From Nageia nagi (taxonomy: Eukaryota; Plantae; Pinophyta): a DNA stretch of 64,000 nt. Of the stretch, positions 39,310 to 50,445 are shown one piece after another. Within the stretch, counting starts at the first letter, position 1. Every line of letters starts with the position of its first letter. The DNA lies in contig JBITNC010000001.1 of the NCBI GenBank assembly GCA_050084985.1, forward strand, positions 140,740,001 through 140,804,000. Direction: 5' to 3'. A program made the position numbers and the translations under genes. A model generated the notes under the pieces. The model saw only the letters and a program-made list of their open reading frames with translations. It had not been told where the DNA came from and ran no database searches.

Positions 39310-40980
39310 TCAGCCATTTTATCAGAGAGCAGTGCTGGCTCCTGCACTAGATGGTTGTGATATTATTGGCAAAGCCAGGACTGGAATTGGAAAGACATTG
39401 GCATTTAGAATTCCAATAATAAAACAACTAACTGAGGAAATGAGGAGAAAAATATGCTAAGGAAGTCAAGGAAACTTCCTCAATCTTTGGTTTTAGCACC
39501 CACAAGAGAATTGGCAAAGCAAGTAGAGAAGGAATTCAAAGAGTTTGCACCTTTCTTGTCGACAGTTTGCATTTATGGTGGTGTTTCATATAACGCTCAA
39601 CAAAATGCAGTTTCCCGGGGTTTTGAAATTGTTGTGGGAACGCTTGGAAGGATCATAGATTTGGTTAATAACAAAAGTTTGAAGCTTGATGAAGTTTAGT
39701 TTTTGGTTTTGGATGAAGGGGAACAGATGCTGGCTGTTGGGTTTGAAGAGGATGTAGAAGTTATAATGGGTAAGATTCCAAATCTATGACAAAGTATGCT
39801 TTTCTCTGCAACAATGCCAGCTTGGGTTAAAAAACTGGCAAGGAAATACCTGAACAACCCTATGACAATTGACTTTGTTGGTGATAGTGAAGAAAACTTG
39901 GTTGAAGGAATCAAATTTTATGCAGTCACAACAACAACCACCTCCAAAAGGTCCATTCTATCGGATCTCATTACAGTTTATGCAAAAGGTAGCAAGACAA
40001 TTGTGTTCACTCAAACTAAACGTGATGTTGATGACGTTTCATTAGCTTTGGGTAATAAGATTCCTTCTGACGCCTTACACAGTGCTATTTCTCAGCATTC
40101 ACAAGAGAGGACTCTGTCTGGGTTCCGTGAAGGGAAATTCTCAGCATTGGTTGCAACAAATGTTGCTGCACGTGGACTTGACATTCCTAATGTAGACCTA
40201 ATTATACACTATGAACTTCCAAATGACTTAGAAACATTTGTTCATCGATCCGAGCGTACTGGGCATGCTGGAAAAGAAGGTGTTGCAATTATGATGTACA
40301 CAAGCAATCAAAGAAGAACAATGCAATCTCTTGAACTTGATGTTGGCTGCAAGGTTGAGTACATCAGTCCTCAAGTAGAAGATGTTTTAGCATCATCATC
40401 ACACCAGATTGCCAATGATATTGAGAGAGTGTATCCATAATTGATAGAAATTTTCCTTCCAACTGCAAGCAAATTGATGGAAGAAAAAGGTACCAATGTG
40501 CTCGCGGAAGCATGGCCCGTTTAAGTGGCTTTAGCCAACCTCCATCTTCTCGATCTCTCATCACTCACGAAGAGGGAAGAGGGATTGACAACTTTGCAAA
40601 TGATTAGGGAGTCAGCAATGGTGAATGGTGGGCGACCTCTTTCTGCAAGAGTTGTTATGGGTATCTTATCTGAAATATGGCCCCCAGCTGTAGACCAAAT
40701 TAGGAAGATTTGTTTGATTGATGATTCAAAAGTTGAAGAAGCAGTCTTTGACTTGCCAGAGAATGTTGCAAACGAGCTTCTTGTGAAGCAGTCAAGAGCA
40801 GGTGTTTCAATATCAAAAATTGCTAAGTTGCCTATACTTGAAGATGATGAGCCTCCAAGTGATTGATATGACAGATATTCAGGTAGAAGTAAAAGCCCAC
40901 GGAGTTTTAGAGGTGGGAGAGGAAGAAGTAGCAGCTGATTTTCTAATAGCTGGGACAACTATGGAGACACTTTCAAAGGG
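39310..40980 (+). pseudogene. RH3: Processed (intronless) copy of chloroplast DEAD-box RNA helicase RH3
   Basis: [38 protein letters not shown] (decayed DEADQML), [31 protein letters not shown], and GUCT-like C-terminus LSARVVMGILSEIWP..AVFDLPE; frameshift ~39450 and stops at 39697, 39788 and 40438. Confidence 0.88.
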
Positions 40981-41469
40981 TACGAGCTAAATTTCAGAAT
41001 TGATATGCAATATAACAGCAGTTCATTAAGTTGGCATAATTTTGATATTCATGAGAATGATTGGAAGAAACAAGTTTGGGTAATTGCTGGGTTAGATGTT
41101 AAAACTCTTGAGATTTGGAATCCTGGTGAAATCATGTCTATGATCAGTGTATTGCAGTATAGTGGAAGCTCTTTAAAATCAAATCAGTTGCATGAACCTG
41201 TATAAGTGGGTGACCTTAAAGATGCAATCACATTGTTATTTTCTACTTCACTTGAGAGCCCTTATTTCTACATTGATGCTATTACCTTTTCATTTGTTGA
41301 TTATCCAGCTTTGCATGAGCTTGCAATTAGGTTTGCTGTAACCAATATTGTGGGCACTGCCTATTCATTGTGAGGAGCTCACTTTGTGCTGCTGTTTGTT
41401 ATCAAGAAGTTTGTTCACAGCTTCAAAATGCGACTCTTATTCATGAAAAGGAGTTTCCAGGAAATGTCA

Positions 41470-41880
41470 GTATTATACTTGAGAATTTGCCATGGAGTGA
41501 TAGTGAGAATTTAGCAGAAGTTAATATAATGAAGCCACAGATATCACGACTGGTTAAAGGTGATTATGAGTCTCGGATCTTAATGATGAAGACTTTTGGA
41601 CGCTTGCGTATGCCTGACAGGGGCAAGGAAATAGAAGCAACAACAGAAACCATCTCAATACTTATAGAGATGATGAACAGTGAAGATCATGAAGGATATC
41701 TTGCAGCAATTAATGCTCTTGAAAGTTTGTCATCTGTCCTGTTCATAAGCAGAATAGTTGATAATGTTGGAGGTCTTCAAGGTCCTCGTCAAGCAACTGA
41801 ATTCTGCAAAATCTTCAAAAAAATTTAAAACAGGTGCCGCACATGTACTGGCTAACATATTCAGTGCCACTGTAAATGAC
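41470..41880 (+). pseudogene. ARM-repeat (PUB43/44-like U-box protein) fragment captured in element E
   Basis: ENLAEVNIMKPQISRLVKGDYESRILMMKTFGRLRMPD, TISILIEMMNS..AAINALESLSS and AAHVLANI resemble plant U-box ARM repeats. Confidence 0.55.
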
Positions 41881-41899
41881 TATGCAGGAAAGACTTATC

Positions 41900-42180
41900 T
41901 TAAAAGTGCATTTGAGGCAATTTGGAAGATGGGAGACCATTCTATTTTGATAGATATCATCAGCGTTCTTAATGAAAAAAACACAGTTTTCATATTGGAG
42001 ATTTGTGCAGTTATTCTTCCATTGTTTACAGATTTGCTCAAAAGCGGAATTGACAGGTACCTCAACGAGGCTTTAGGAATGTTGCTTGTTTTAGTCAAAT
42101 TTTTTGGTGATGTCATATGTGCAATCAGGAATGCATCCCCTTCTGTAGGAGTTGATATTCAAGCAGAAGAAAGACTAGAA
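41900..42180 (+). pseudogene. Katanin p80 C-terminal (con80) domain fragment captured in element E
   Basis: KMGDHSILIDIISVL..LEICAVILPLFTDLLKSGIDRYLNEALGMLLVLVKFFGDVI..SPSVGVDIQAEERLE matches the plant katanin p80 C-terminus; contiguous (intronless). Confidence 0.8.
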
Positions 42181-43759
42181 GAAATATTGATCAGGCTACA
42201 AACCACTGATAAGGAAATTGAGTCTTAAGAAAGACCTAAATGCTTTGTACAAATGTTTTGAACAGTGCAACATTGAGAAGAAAGTGGTTGAAGAGAAAAT
42301 GTACCAGTTTGAATCTTTAGCATGCAAGAAGATTGATGAGGTTGTTGTTTATGAAGCAATTGTGAACTGGATATTTGAACAACATTTTGAGATGGAAGAC
42401 TTTGGTTGGAAGAAGACATACAAAGAGTTTGTGGGCAAACATTTCATGGCTGCGTTTTGTGTTAATTACGCATGGAGCATTGTTGTTGATGCTGATATAC
42501 TATTGATTTGGGACCCTAGGATTACAGTTGATTTCCATTGGTTTAGTTAGACAATGCCAAGAATTGTGTTCTGCATTGCTTAAGGACAAGCAATTTCTGA
42601 AGGGGAGGATTGTAATGTCCCTAAATAATTCTAGCATTGTAAATATGTTTTTTTTTGGTGTTTTGTGTGTTGGGTGTCATTGAGGGTATTTTGTCATATT
42701 TCGAGGCTAAAATGAGAGTTGTAAGGGTAAATAAATGTGTTGTGTGCTAGTTCAAATGTTAGTATATGGGTTAGGAAAGTTATTTAAGTATTTGGATTGA
42801 GTTTTGGATTAGAAAAAGATATTAATTTATGTCTCTATGTGGAGTGCCGTTTTTGTATTATGTTTAAGAGATCTCAACGCAAGATTATATCGTAGCCCTC
42901 AGATCTTGTGTGTACGAGATCTAATCTCAATCCTTCATAATTAGATCTAAGGTTGGGATTTATCCTAGCATTAGGTTTAAGGAATAAAAGAGCTTAAAGA
43001 CTTCATTTTGTGTGTTTTGATGATTTGGAGATTGAATTGGGAGAACTTTAAAGAATTCTTATACTCATAGGGATAACTGGAAATATCTCTCTGAGTTTGC
43101 GGGGTTCCTATTGGATTTACTCTAGTGGAGGCTAGGCCAGGCCAGCTAGCTCTCTACCTATTTACATCTGACAAACCTAGCTAGGGTTTATGATTTGAGC
43201 ATAATTGTGAGCAAGATTGGAGGATATATTGTTGAAGGAAATTATATCAAGCTAAGAGAAGGACAATTAAGGAGTTTTGAGCATTGTTTCTCATACAGGA
43301 AGCCTTCATAGCTAGACATTAGCCTCTAGGAGGCATATTTGCGTGTAGAATAGGCTAAAACTACTTTAGCCAGCCAAACGCCTGCCTCTCAGGAAAGGTT
43401 TTGCATCTCAGAAGGGTCAGATCAGCCTATGTCAGTGTGACATTAGCTTCTTAGGGTCATATTTGAGGGTTTTGAAGGTCAAAGTTTGCTAGAATTACCA
43501 AATGTCTCATGCATTAGGGCAAATTGGTGATAAATTGCAGTGTTCAAGAGCTCAATTAGGGTTTGGAGGTAGTTTTTGTTATTTGGCTGTTATTTCTATT
43601 TGTTGTGATCTCTGCTAGGGTTTATTTGTGAAAGAAAATTAATAAAAATTACAAATATATTTCAGATCTGATTTGTTTTGTCAGGAATTGTATTTTGGGT
43701 ATTTGTTTTTGTGTTTGACACATTACATCTCCTTCAACAATTGACAATTTAAATTTTGT

Positions 43760-44400
43760 CTCAACTTTGTAGCTCTAGTGGATGTGGGCATGATTGGGGT
43801 ATATTTGAGAATATACACTCCAAAATGCACAATAGGTCAGCTCAAGAACAATTGAACAACTTGATGTACGTGCATTATTTCATAAACAAATAGATGGAGT
43901 TGATTGTGGAATGATTAATTTGAAAGAAATTGATTCCTCCTTTGAATAGTTCATAGAACTTGGAAGCGATGTCTTGGAGGATGAAGATGTGTAAACTCCT
44001 TGAGGCTGATATAACACATGAAATTGAAATCATGAAAAAAGAATCAACAACATTAGTAGTAGCAACAAGGAAACATTACAAAAGAAGGGCACATGGTTGA
44101 TGCTTAAGGCAAAAAACACTGGATTATGTATTTTTTAAAAATTGAATCATCCGTTTTGAAGACTCTTACTAAACATTTTGTTATGTATTTTGAAATTTGA
44201 TGTGATATACAAAAAACATTTTCGTATGTATTTCTCATTTTTAATGCAAAAAAACAATGTCTACTTAATCTAAATTTTTTTTTTCTCTTTTTTTGCTGTA
44301 TAATTTTCATTTTTTTGTTGCATATTTGTTGAATTGTTGATTAATCTTCGAATTGACCAAATGATTAATTACCGAATTCATTTTTTTGACTTGAGTATGA
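43760..44400 (+). mobile_element. hAT transposase 3' remnant
   Basis: CSSSGCGHDWGIFENIHSKMHNRSAQEQLNNLMYVHY = decayed CSSSGCERNWS.FE.IHSK.RNRL hATC motif. Confidence 0.75.
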
Positions 44401-45043
44401 TATTTTATTATGGTCAAGGGATCATGATTCTAAGGTTCCAAACAGGGAAAGCAATTAAATTATTTGGGGTAGAAATGACTTTGTTAGAATTTGTAATGAA
44501 ATATTGTGAATATCTAAACTCCTTGTAAGTTCAATTAATCACTTAAAGGATATGTAGATACCTTAAGGGATTAATTGAATTCTTTATTATGTGTGGACTT
44601 TGACCTAACCATGGGGTTAGTTGGTAGGTTAAAGTTAGGTCACACATTTATTGTAACCCTAACCTTACCCTTGGGTTAAAGGGAGGTTAGGGAGGTGCTC
44701 TCAAGCTATAAATAGAGGGCCTCTCCTCTTGTAACATATCTAAGTTTTGGAGTAAGAATACTCTACTAGTTTGTGTAGGAGAGAGGAAGAGAATAGTTGT
44801 AAGAGCGGCATACTTGAGAATTGAGATACTAGTTGTGGATGTACTCCCAAGGAGGGAGGAACCACATTACACTTGTGTTATCTTGTGTGAATGTTGTGTG
44901 ATTGAGCTTCCTAGTCTTGGACCTTGAGGATTAGAGTAGTGCTAATTCTCTCAATTGGTATCTAGAGCTTGGTGTGGAAGCTCTTCTACATTTTGGAGGT
45001 TCTTCATCCTTCTTCATTCCTCATCTTACACCCCATTGGTGAG

Positions 45044-48000
45044 GTAAATTTTAAGAGAAGGTATAAATTTCCTCCTCATTTGGTTATCTTAATGGATTAT
45101 TACATTAAATACTAACATATTTTGTGAGATATTGGAGCTTATTTTTTGCAAAATATGATCAAAATTGGCAATGCAAGTATTTTTTTTGCTAACCTCTTAT
45201 GTTAGTAGCATTTTTTTTACAAAAATGCTTAATACATGATATACCTTTTTTTTAAGAGGATACTATGCAATGCAAGTATTTTTACTAACATTTTGTTTGT
45301 TAGTAGTATTGATTAATAACTCTATTACAAGCATTGCCAAAGTGTAATAGTTACATAATACTTTATTTTTTCTCTAAATTGTCTTTTTTTTGCAAAATTT
45401 TAATGCAAATAGAGGGAAATAATTTCTAGAGGCAATTTTTTTAAAAATTTTAAAGTAAACATAAATGAAAGTTCATTTATTTTTTGCAAAAAAAAAGGAG
45501 GGCTAAAAATAGAAATATAATGCTTTTAACCTCTAGTGTGCATTTTTTAAAAAGGCAGCTCTCAATATTTTTTTATTCAAAATTTAGATTTTTTGAGAGC
45601 AATATTTTTATATAATATATTTTTCAAAAATACATTTAAGGGGTGATGGATTAAATCATATTATAAAAATATGTTCTAGGGGCCAAGTAAGTTAAGTGGG
45701 CGCGCTTCGTCGCCTCGCGCACAGACTCCTCCTCCCGCCCACATCTGCCTCCTCCCGCACACGTAGGGTTTGAACATTGACTCATCGCAATGCAGTCTTT
45801 CAAAGCAATGATCGCAAGAAATGAACAAAACAGAACATTGAAAGGGTCTGTAAATTGTTTGACAAGGTGCATGCTGCAGACAAGCTTCGTGGACTGTAAT
45901 GATCGCAGGAAATGCACAAAACGGATACGTTGAAAGGAATGATCAACTGTTCTTGGTTGCAAAGGAATGAAACTCTCGTATTGTCAATGTGTCATCACCT
46001 GTAATTTGTATTGACATACATTCTGACTGCAACACTTTGGCCAGGAACAAGGATTCCGTGAGAATGACCCTCAAACAAACTATCAATGCGCGTCCCATAC
46101 AAAACCACAAACCCTTACGAAGACTAGTGAAGGTTGTAGCCCTTTACCAAGATGTGGATATGTATATGGATATGGATATGCCAACATCAATCGACATGGA
46201 AGCCATCACCTCCGAGGAAGAGTTTGATAAAGTCTTGGCTCAAGCCCAATAGCGTTCACAACCTATTATAATCGACTGAAACATTACCTGGTTCATCTGC
46301 ATCCATTTTACCATTTGGTGGTTCCTCTTTGGAAGAAAGTACGAGAAATTCAATAAGCTCATCCACTACCTCGCCAGCCAGGTCACTCCGCACGCCTCCG
46401 CGTCTCCCTCGTGCGCATGCTTCCTCCTCTCTCTGCTCTAGCACTCTCCTCCCTCTCCTCCTATGCAAGCCTCCTCTTCCTCCTTCCCCAACACCTCCAC
46501 AAGCTGTCCTCTACATGCCTTCATGCAGGTCATCCTCCTTCCCACGGTCAAGGTTGATGGCTGCCAACTTCTTGCAAGTCTTCTTAGTCACTTTAATGCA
46601 CTTAAATGCATTATGTTTGTTTAGTTGACTACTTGCATTTTTGCTCTTCCAAAAGCAGCGTATGCTTTTCTTGGTGGAAGAAAAAGGGGGGGGTCATATT
46701 TTTACAACTAAAAAGCATTTAATTGTTTTTTGACTTAGGAGTATTTTTTTATTTTTTAGTGCTTGAGGTAGGAGAAGCATTAAAATTGCATGAAGTAGGG
46801 GTATGGGTCTCCTTCTTTTTCCATTTAATTCTTGGAGACTTGGTAAGTGGTGAATATTTTTAACTTATTTTAAGTTAAACTTAGCTTATTTTTAAAAAAA
46901 TGCTTAGAATATTTTAATATTGCATGTTTAAATTACTAAGGTGCACATGCAATTTTTTAATGCTAACCTCTTAGCATTTTTTTTCTAAGCATAGTAATTT
47001 AGTCTAAGCATGCTATTTTTTAAGTAAATAAGGGAAATTTTTTTACTTAAAATGCATACTTATAAGACAAGTCTTAGCATACAATTTTTTAGGGATAAAA
47101 CTTTAAGTGAAAAGGGGGGAATTGGTATAATTTTTACTCAAATTTTATCTAGATCTTGCATGCTAGACTTGTGATGCATGTCTCTTTATCTTGTAAACCT
47201 TATCTAGATATTGCATGCTAGACTTATGATGCATGTATCTTTATCTTGTTTGAAGAATAAAACATGCTTAGGACTTAAATTTTTAAGTTAAATAATGCAT
47301 GATGCATGATTACTTAATTTTTTAAAGTCATGGAACAATGCATGTTATGAATTAAATAGTAAGTAGGACTTAGTTCTTTTTAATTCATTAAGTGCTTGAA
47401 TAAATTGAGCAAAATATACAAAATGTAAAAGTCCTTTAGGGGTTAGTACAAAACCCATTGGACTTTTGAAGTTTTTTTTTCAAGCTCGTGTGGATGATGC
47501 AATTTTACTTTACTTTATATTTTTTGCACAATTTGCTTATACTTGCAAAACGCAAATATTGAAAGTAACCCCTAAAATGAACACATCCGCACGTATTCTT
47601 CCACAACATGACTTGTTTGGGGAGCCACAAGGTGAGGATAGGGCAGACTGGAGCCCTTTTAGTCCGAAGACCCGAGTGGTGGTAAGTCCGTCTTAATTGC
47701 CCCTAAGACCTCTGTTGGATTGGACATAACTCTATTAGGTGGACAGGCATGTGTGTAGTGATACCACATGTCCGCACGTCCATTTAGGGATTATCCTGAT
47801 AACCTAGGAGGAAAACTGAAAACCTTAATCCAGATAATTAAAATGGTCGGTCCAAGATACGTCGGATCCTTGAAAAATAGTTGGTACTTCTCCTTGTGAG
47901 AGTATATTACTGACCAAGGTGAACTGGTTGAGGACTGGTAGTACCTGGGCTCCACCTTGCGGGCATCCAGGTGAAGGCCTAATTCTATACAAGAAAACAA

Positions 48001-48130
48001 CCCCAACTTTATTCTTCTACGGATCATGGTTATAAGTTTGCACATGTGGGACATGTTTACTTATGTTGATTTGTATAGATGGAAACTTGTAAAAATTTTG
48101 CATTCTTATTGCATATTTACTTTTGTACAG
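45044..48130 (+). other. Predicted spliceosomal intron in the 5' leader of Copia B
   Basis: GAG|GTAAAT at 45044 and TTTTGTACAG|ACAATG at 48130; copy A has the joined sequence CATTGTTGAG|AAAATGG at 5884/5885. Confidence 0.85.
45789..46278 (+). pseudogene. Captured 5' fragment of a chloroplast WCRKC-type thioredoxin-like gene
   Basis: PTSIDMEAITSEEEFDKVLAQAQ*RSQPIIID* resembles the segment preceding W(M)A.WCRKC in plant thioredoxin-like 3 proteins; preceded by a broken transit-peptide-like ORF from ATG 45789. Confidence 0.7.
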
Positions 48131-50445
48131 ACAATGGTTGAAACCTTCATACCCAAGCACATACTCGACGGTTCCAACTTCGGCATATGGGAACCTCGTA
48201 TGAGAGCTGAGTTACAGGCAAGGAAGCTATGGCAGACAATAAATGAAGATCTAGTTGCTCCTACAGATGAGAAGGCCCTTGAAATTTACAACTCAAAAAA
48301 TGAGTTAGCAACCTCAATGATCTATCGTGCAGTTTCAGATGACATCCTTCTCATGATCTCTTCCTCGACATCAGCAAAAGAAGCTTGGGATAGACTAAAG
48401 AAAATTTACCTTGGGTCCAAATTTTCAAAAAGGTTCACCATTCTACAAAAGTTGTTGCAATATCGTCAAGGAGAAGATGAAAGTGCCTCAATCTACTTGA
48501 ACAAAATCATTGACCTCAGGACACAACTGGTTGGCTGTGGGTGCAATTGGATCAATGATGAGTTCATGGTCTTCATCATTCTTCAAAGCCTCTCTACAAA
48601 GTTCAGTAACTTTGTCACAGTTATGGAGACTAGGCTCGATGATGAAGAAGATGTTATCTCTCTTGACAATCTTTCTAGACTCCTTCTGAAGCATAAGGAA
48701 ACTTTGAACAAGAAAATGTTGAACATTTCTCCAAAGGATAATAGCATTGCTCTAGGAGCAACCAAAACTCCTTTCAAGAAGACGTTCAAACATTATAAAT
48801 TCAAAGACAACAAATCCTCATCTACCATCAGGAAGCACGACAACTTCAAGCAAAGGAAAGCTGGATCAAGCAAACCAACACCGCAGGAAAAGTTTGATGG
48901 AAATTGTAACTTTTGTGGCATCTTTGGGCACAAAGAGTATGATTGTCGCAAAAAGAAATTTGCTCAAAAAGGCAAGGGAAATGCAAATGTGAGAAATTTC
49001 AATAATAAAAAGAAGAACAAGCATGCTGCTACTGTTGCCTACTACTCAATGACAAACTATTTCAAATGATTGGATTATTGATTCAGGATGCACTAATCAC
49101 ATGTGTTATGAAAAGGATAAGTTTGAAAATTTTCATAAGTACAACAAGGATACAGTTGTGATAGGTGATAATACAGTCCTTGATGTTCAAGGAATAGGGA
49201 ATGTGAAGATTCATGGAAAGACTCTTGATAATGTCTTTTATGTGCCTAAACTAAGGATGAATCTTATCTCCGTAATTCAGATTACAAGGACAGGATGCTC
49301 ATTTGAGTTTACCTCACACTCCTGGTGTGTTAAGAAAGGACTTGCCACTTTGATGAAAGGATCAGTAAAGAATGACCTTTATATTGTGGATCAAGTACCT
49401 TCAAAGATTTGTCTTGCTACAAATGTGTGTTCAAAAGGTAATCTTTGGCATCAACGATTAGGGCACCTTAACCACAAGAGTATTCAAGATATGAAAAATC
49501 AAGAACTTGTAGAAGGTTTACCTAATATTTCACCCACAATTGGTCTTTGTGAAAGGTGCATTCTAGGAAAGATGAATAGGCAAAAGTTTGAAAAAGATAA
49601 GGCAACTCGGGCTACTCGTCCTCTTCAGCTTGTGCATTCAGATTTGATGGGTCCATTTCAGACTAAGTCTCTAGGGGGAGCTTTTTATGTTCTGACCTTC
49701 ATTGATGACTTCAGTAGGATGACATTTGGTTATCTACTTGAGCACAAGGATCAAACTTTTGACCGTTTTAAAGACTTCAAGGCACTTGTTGAAAATCAAA
49801 CTGATTTTAAGATCAAAATGCTGAGATCTGACAATGGGGGTGAGTATAATAGCAATGAGTTTAACGATTATTGTGTTAAACATGGGATCAAGCGACAATT
49901 CACAATCCCTTACACCCCTCAGCAAAATGGAGTTGCTGAAAGGAAGAATCGCACCATTATGAAAATGGCAAGATGCATGTTGGGTAACCTTCCTAGTTTC
50001 TTATGGGGAGAAGCTGTTCACACTGCTATTCACACCCTAAATAGGTGTCCTACTAAAGCAGTTGAAGGAAAAACTCCGTATGAAGCATGGACAGGAAAGA
50101 AACCTAACATCTCACACTTCAGGGTCTTTGGTTGTGATGCATTTGCCTTCATTACCTCAGAGAAAAGAAAGAAGCTAGACAAAAGATCAGAAAAATGCAT
50201 CTTTGTGGGGTATGATAATCAGCATAGAGGTTACAGGCTCTACTCCTCATCCCATAAAACAGTCTTTGTTTCTAGGGATGTCAAGTTCAATGAACTTCCT
50301 GAGGATACGACTTCTCATGCTGAGGTGTCTGATTCAGATGATTCTACGCCTGCACCTAACTGGTTGGATGATCATGTAGGGAAGTCACCACAAGAGCAAA
50401 ATTCTCCAGCTCAGAGAATTACAAGAAGTATGACCTTGAATAAAT

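Larger units (their letters stand above)
38525..43727 (+). mobile_element. Non-autonomous Gypsy-type LTR retrotransposon E carrying captured host mRNA fragments
   Basis: Truncated 5' LTR 38525-38724 matches the end of 3' LTR 42611-43727; PBS TGGTATCAAAGT 38726-37; PPT GAAGGGGAGGAT before 42611; no RT/IN; interior is gene fragments. Confidence 0.9.
44482..50445 (+). mobile_element. Ty1/Copia element B (same family as A), younger, with 3.1-kb leader intron; truncated after integrase
   Basis: LTR 44482-44953 homologous to 5304-5793; PBS TGGTATCTAGAGC 44956-68; gag ATG 48134 (ORF to 49069, CNFCGIFGHKEYDC); pol 49101-50445 with intact integrase core; protein collinear with A. Confidence 0.95.

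Noticed and set aside
39137-40990. Functional nested DEAD-box helicase gene
   Set aside because: Frameshifts, in-frame stops, decayed DEAD and HRxGRxGR motifs, no N-terminus, and located between PBS and PPT.
49040-49101. Programmed gag-pol frameshift in Copia B
   Set aside because: Copy A runs in one frame through the same region (apart from a TGG>TAG stop); a small indel in B explains the shift, and Copia normally has a single ORF.
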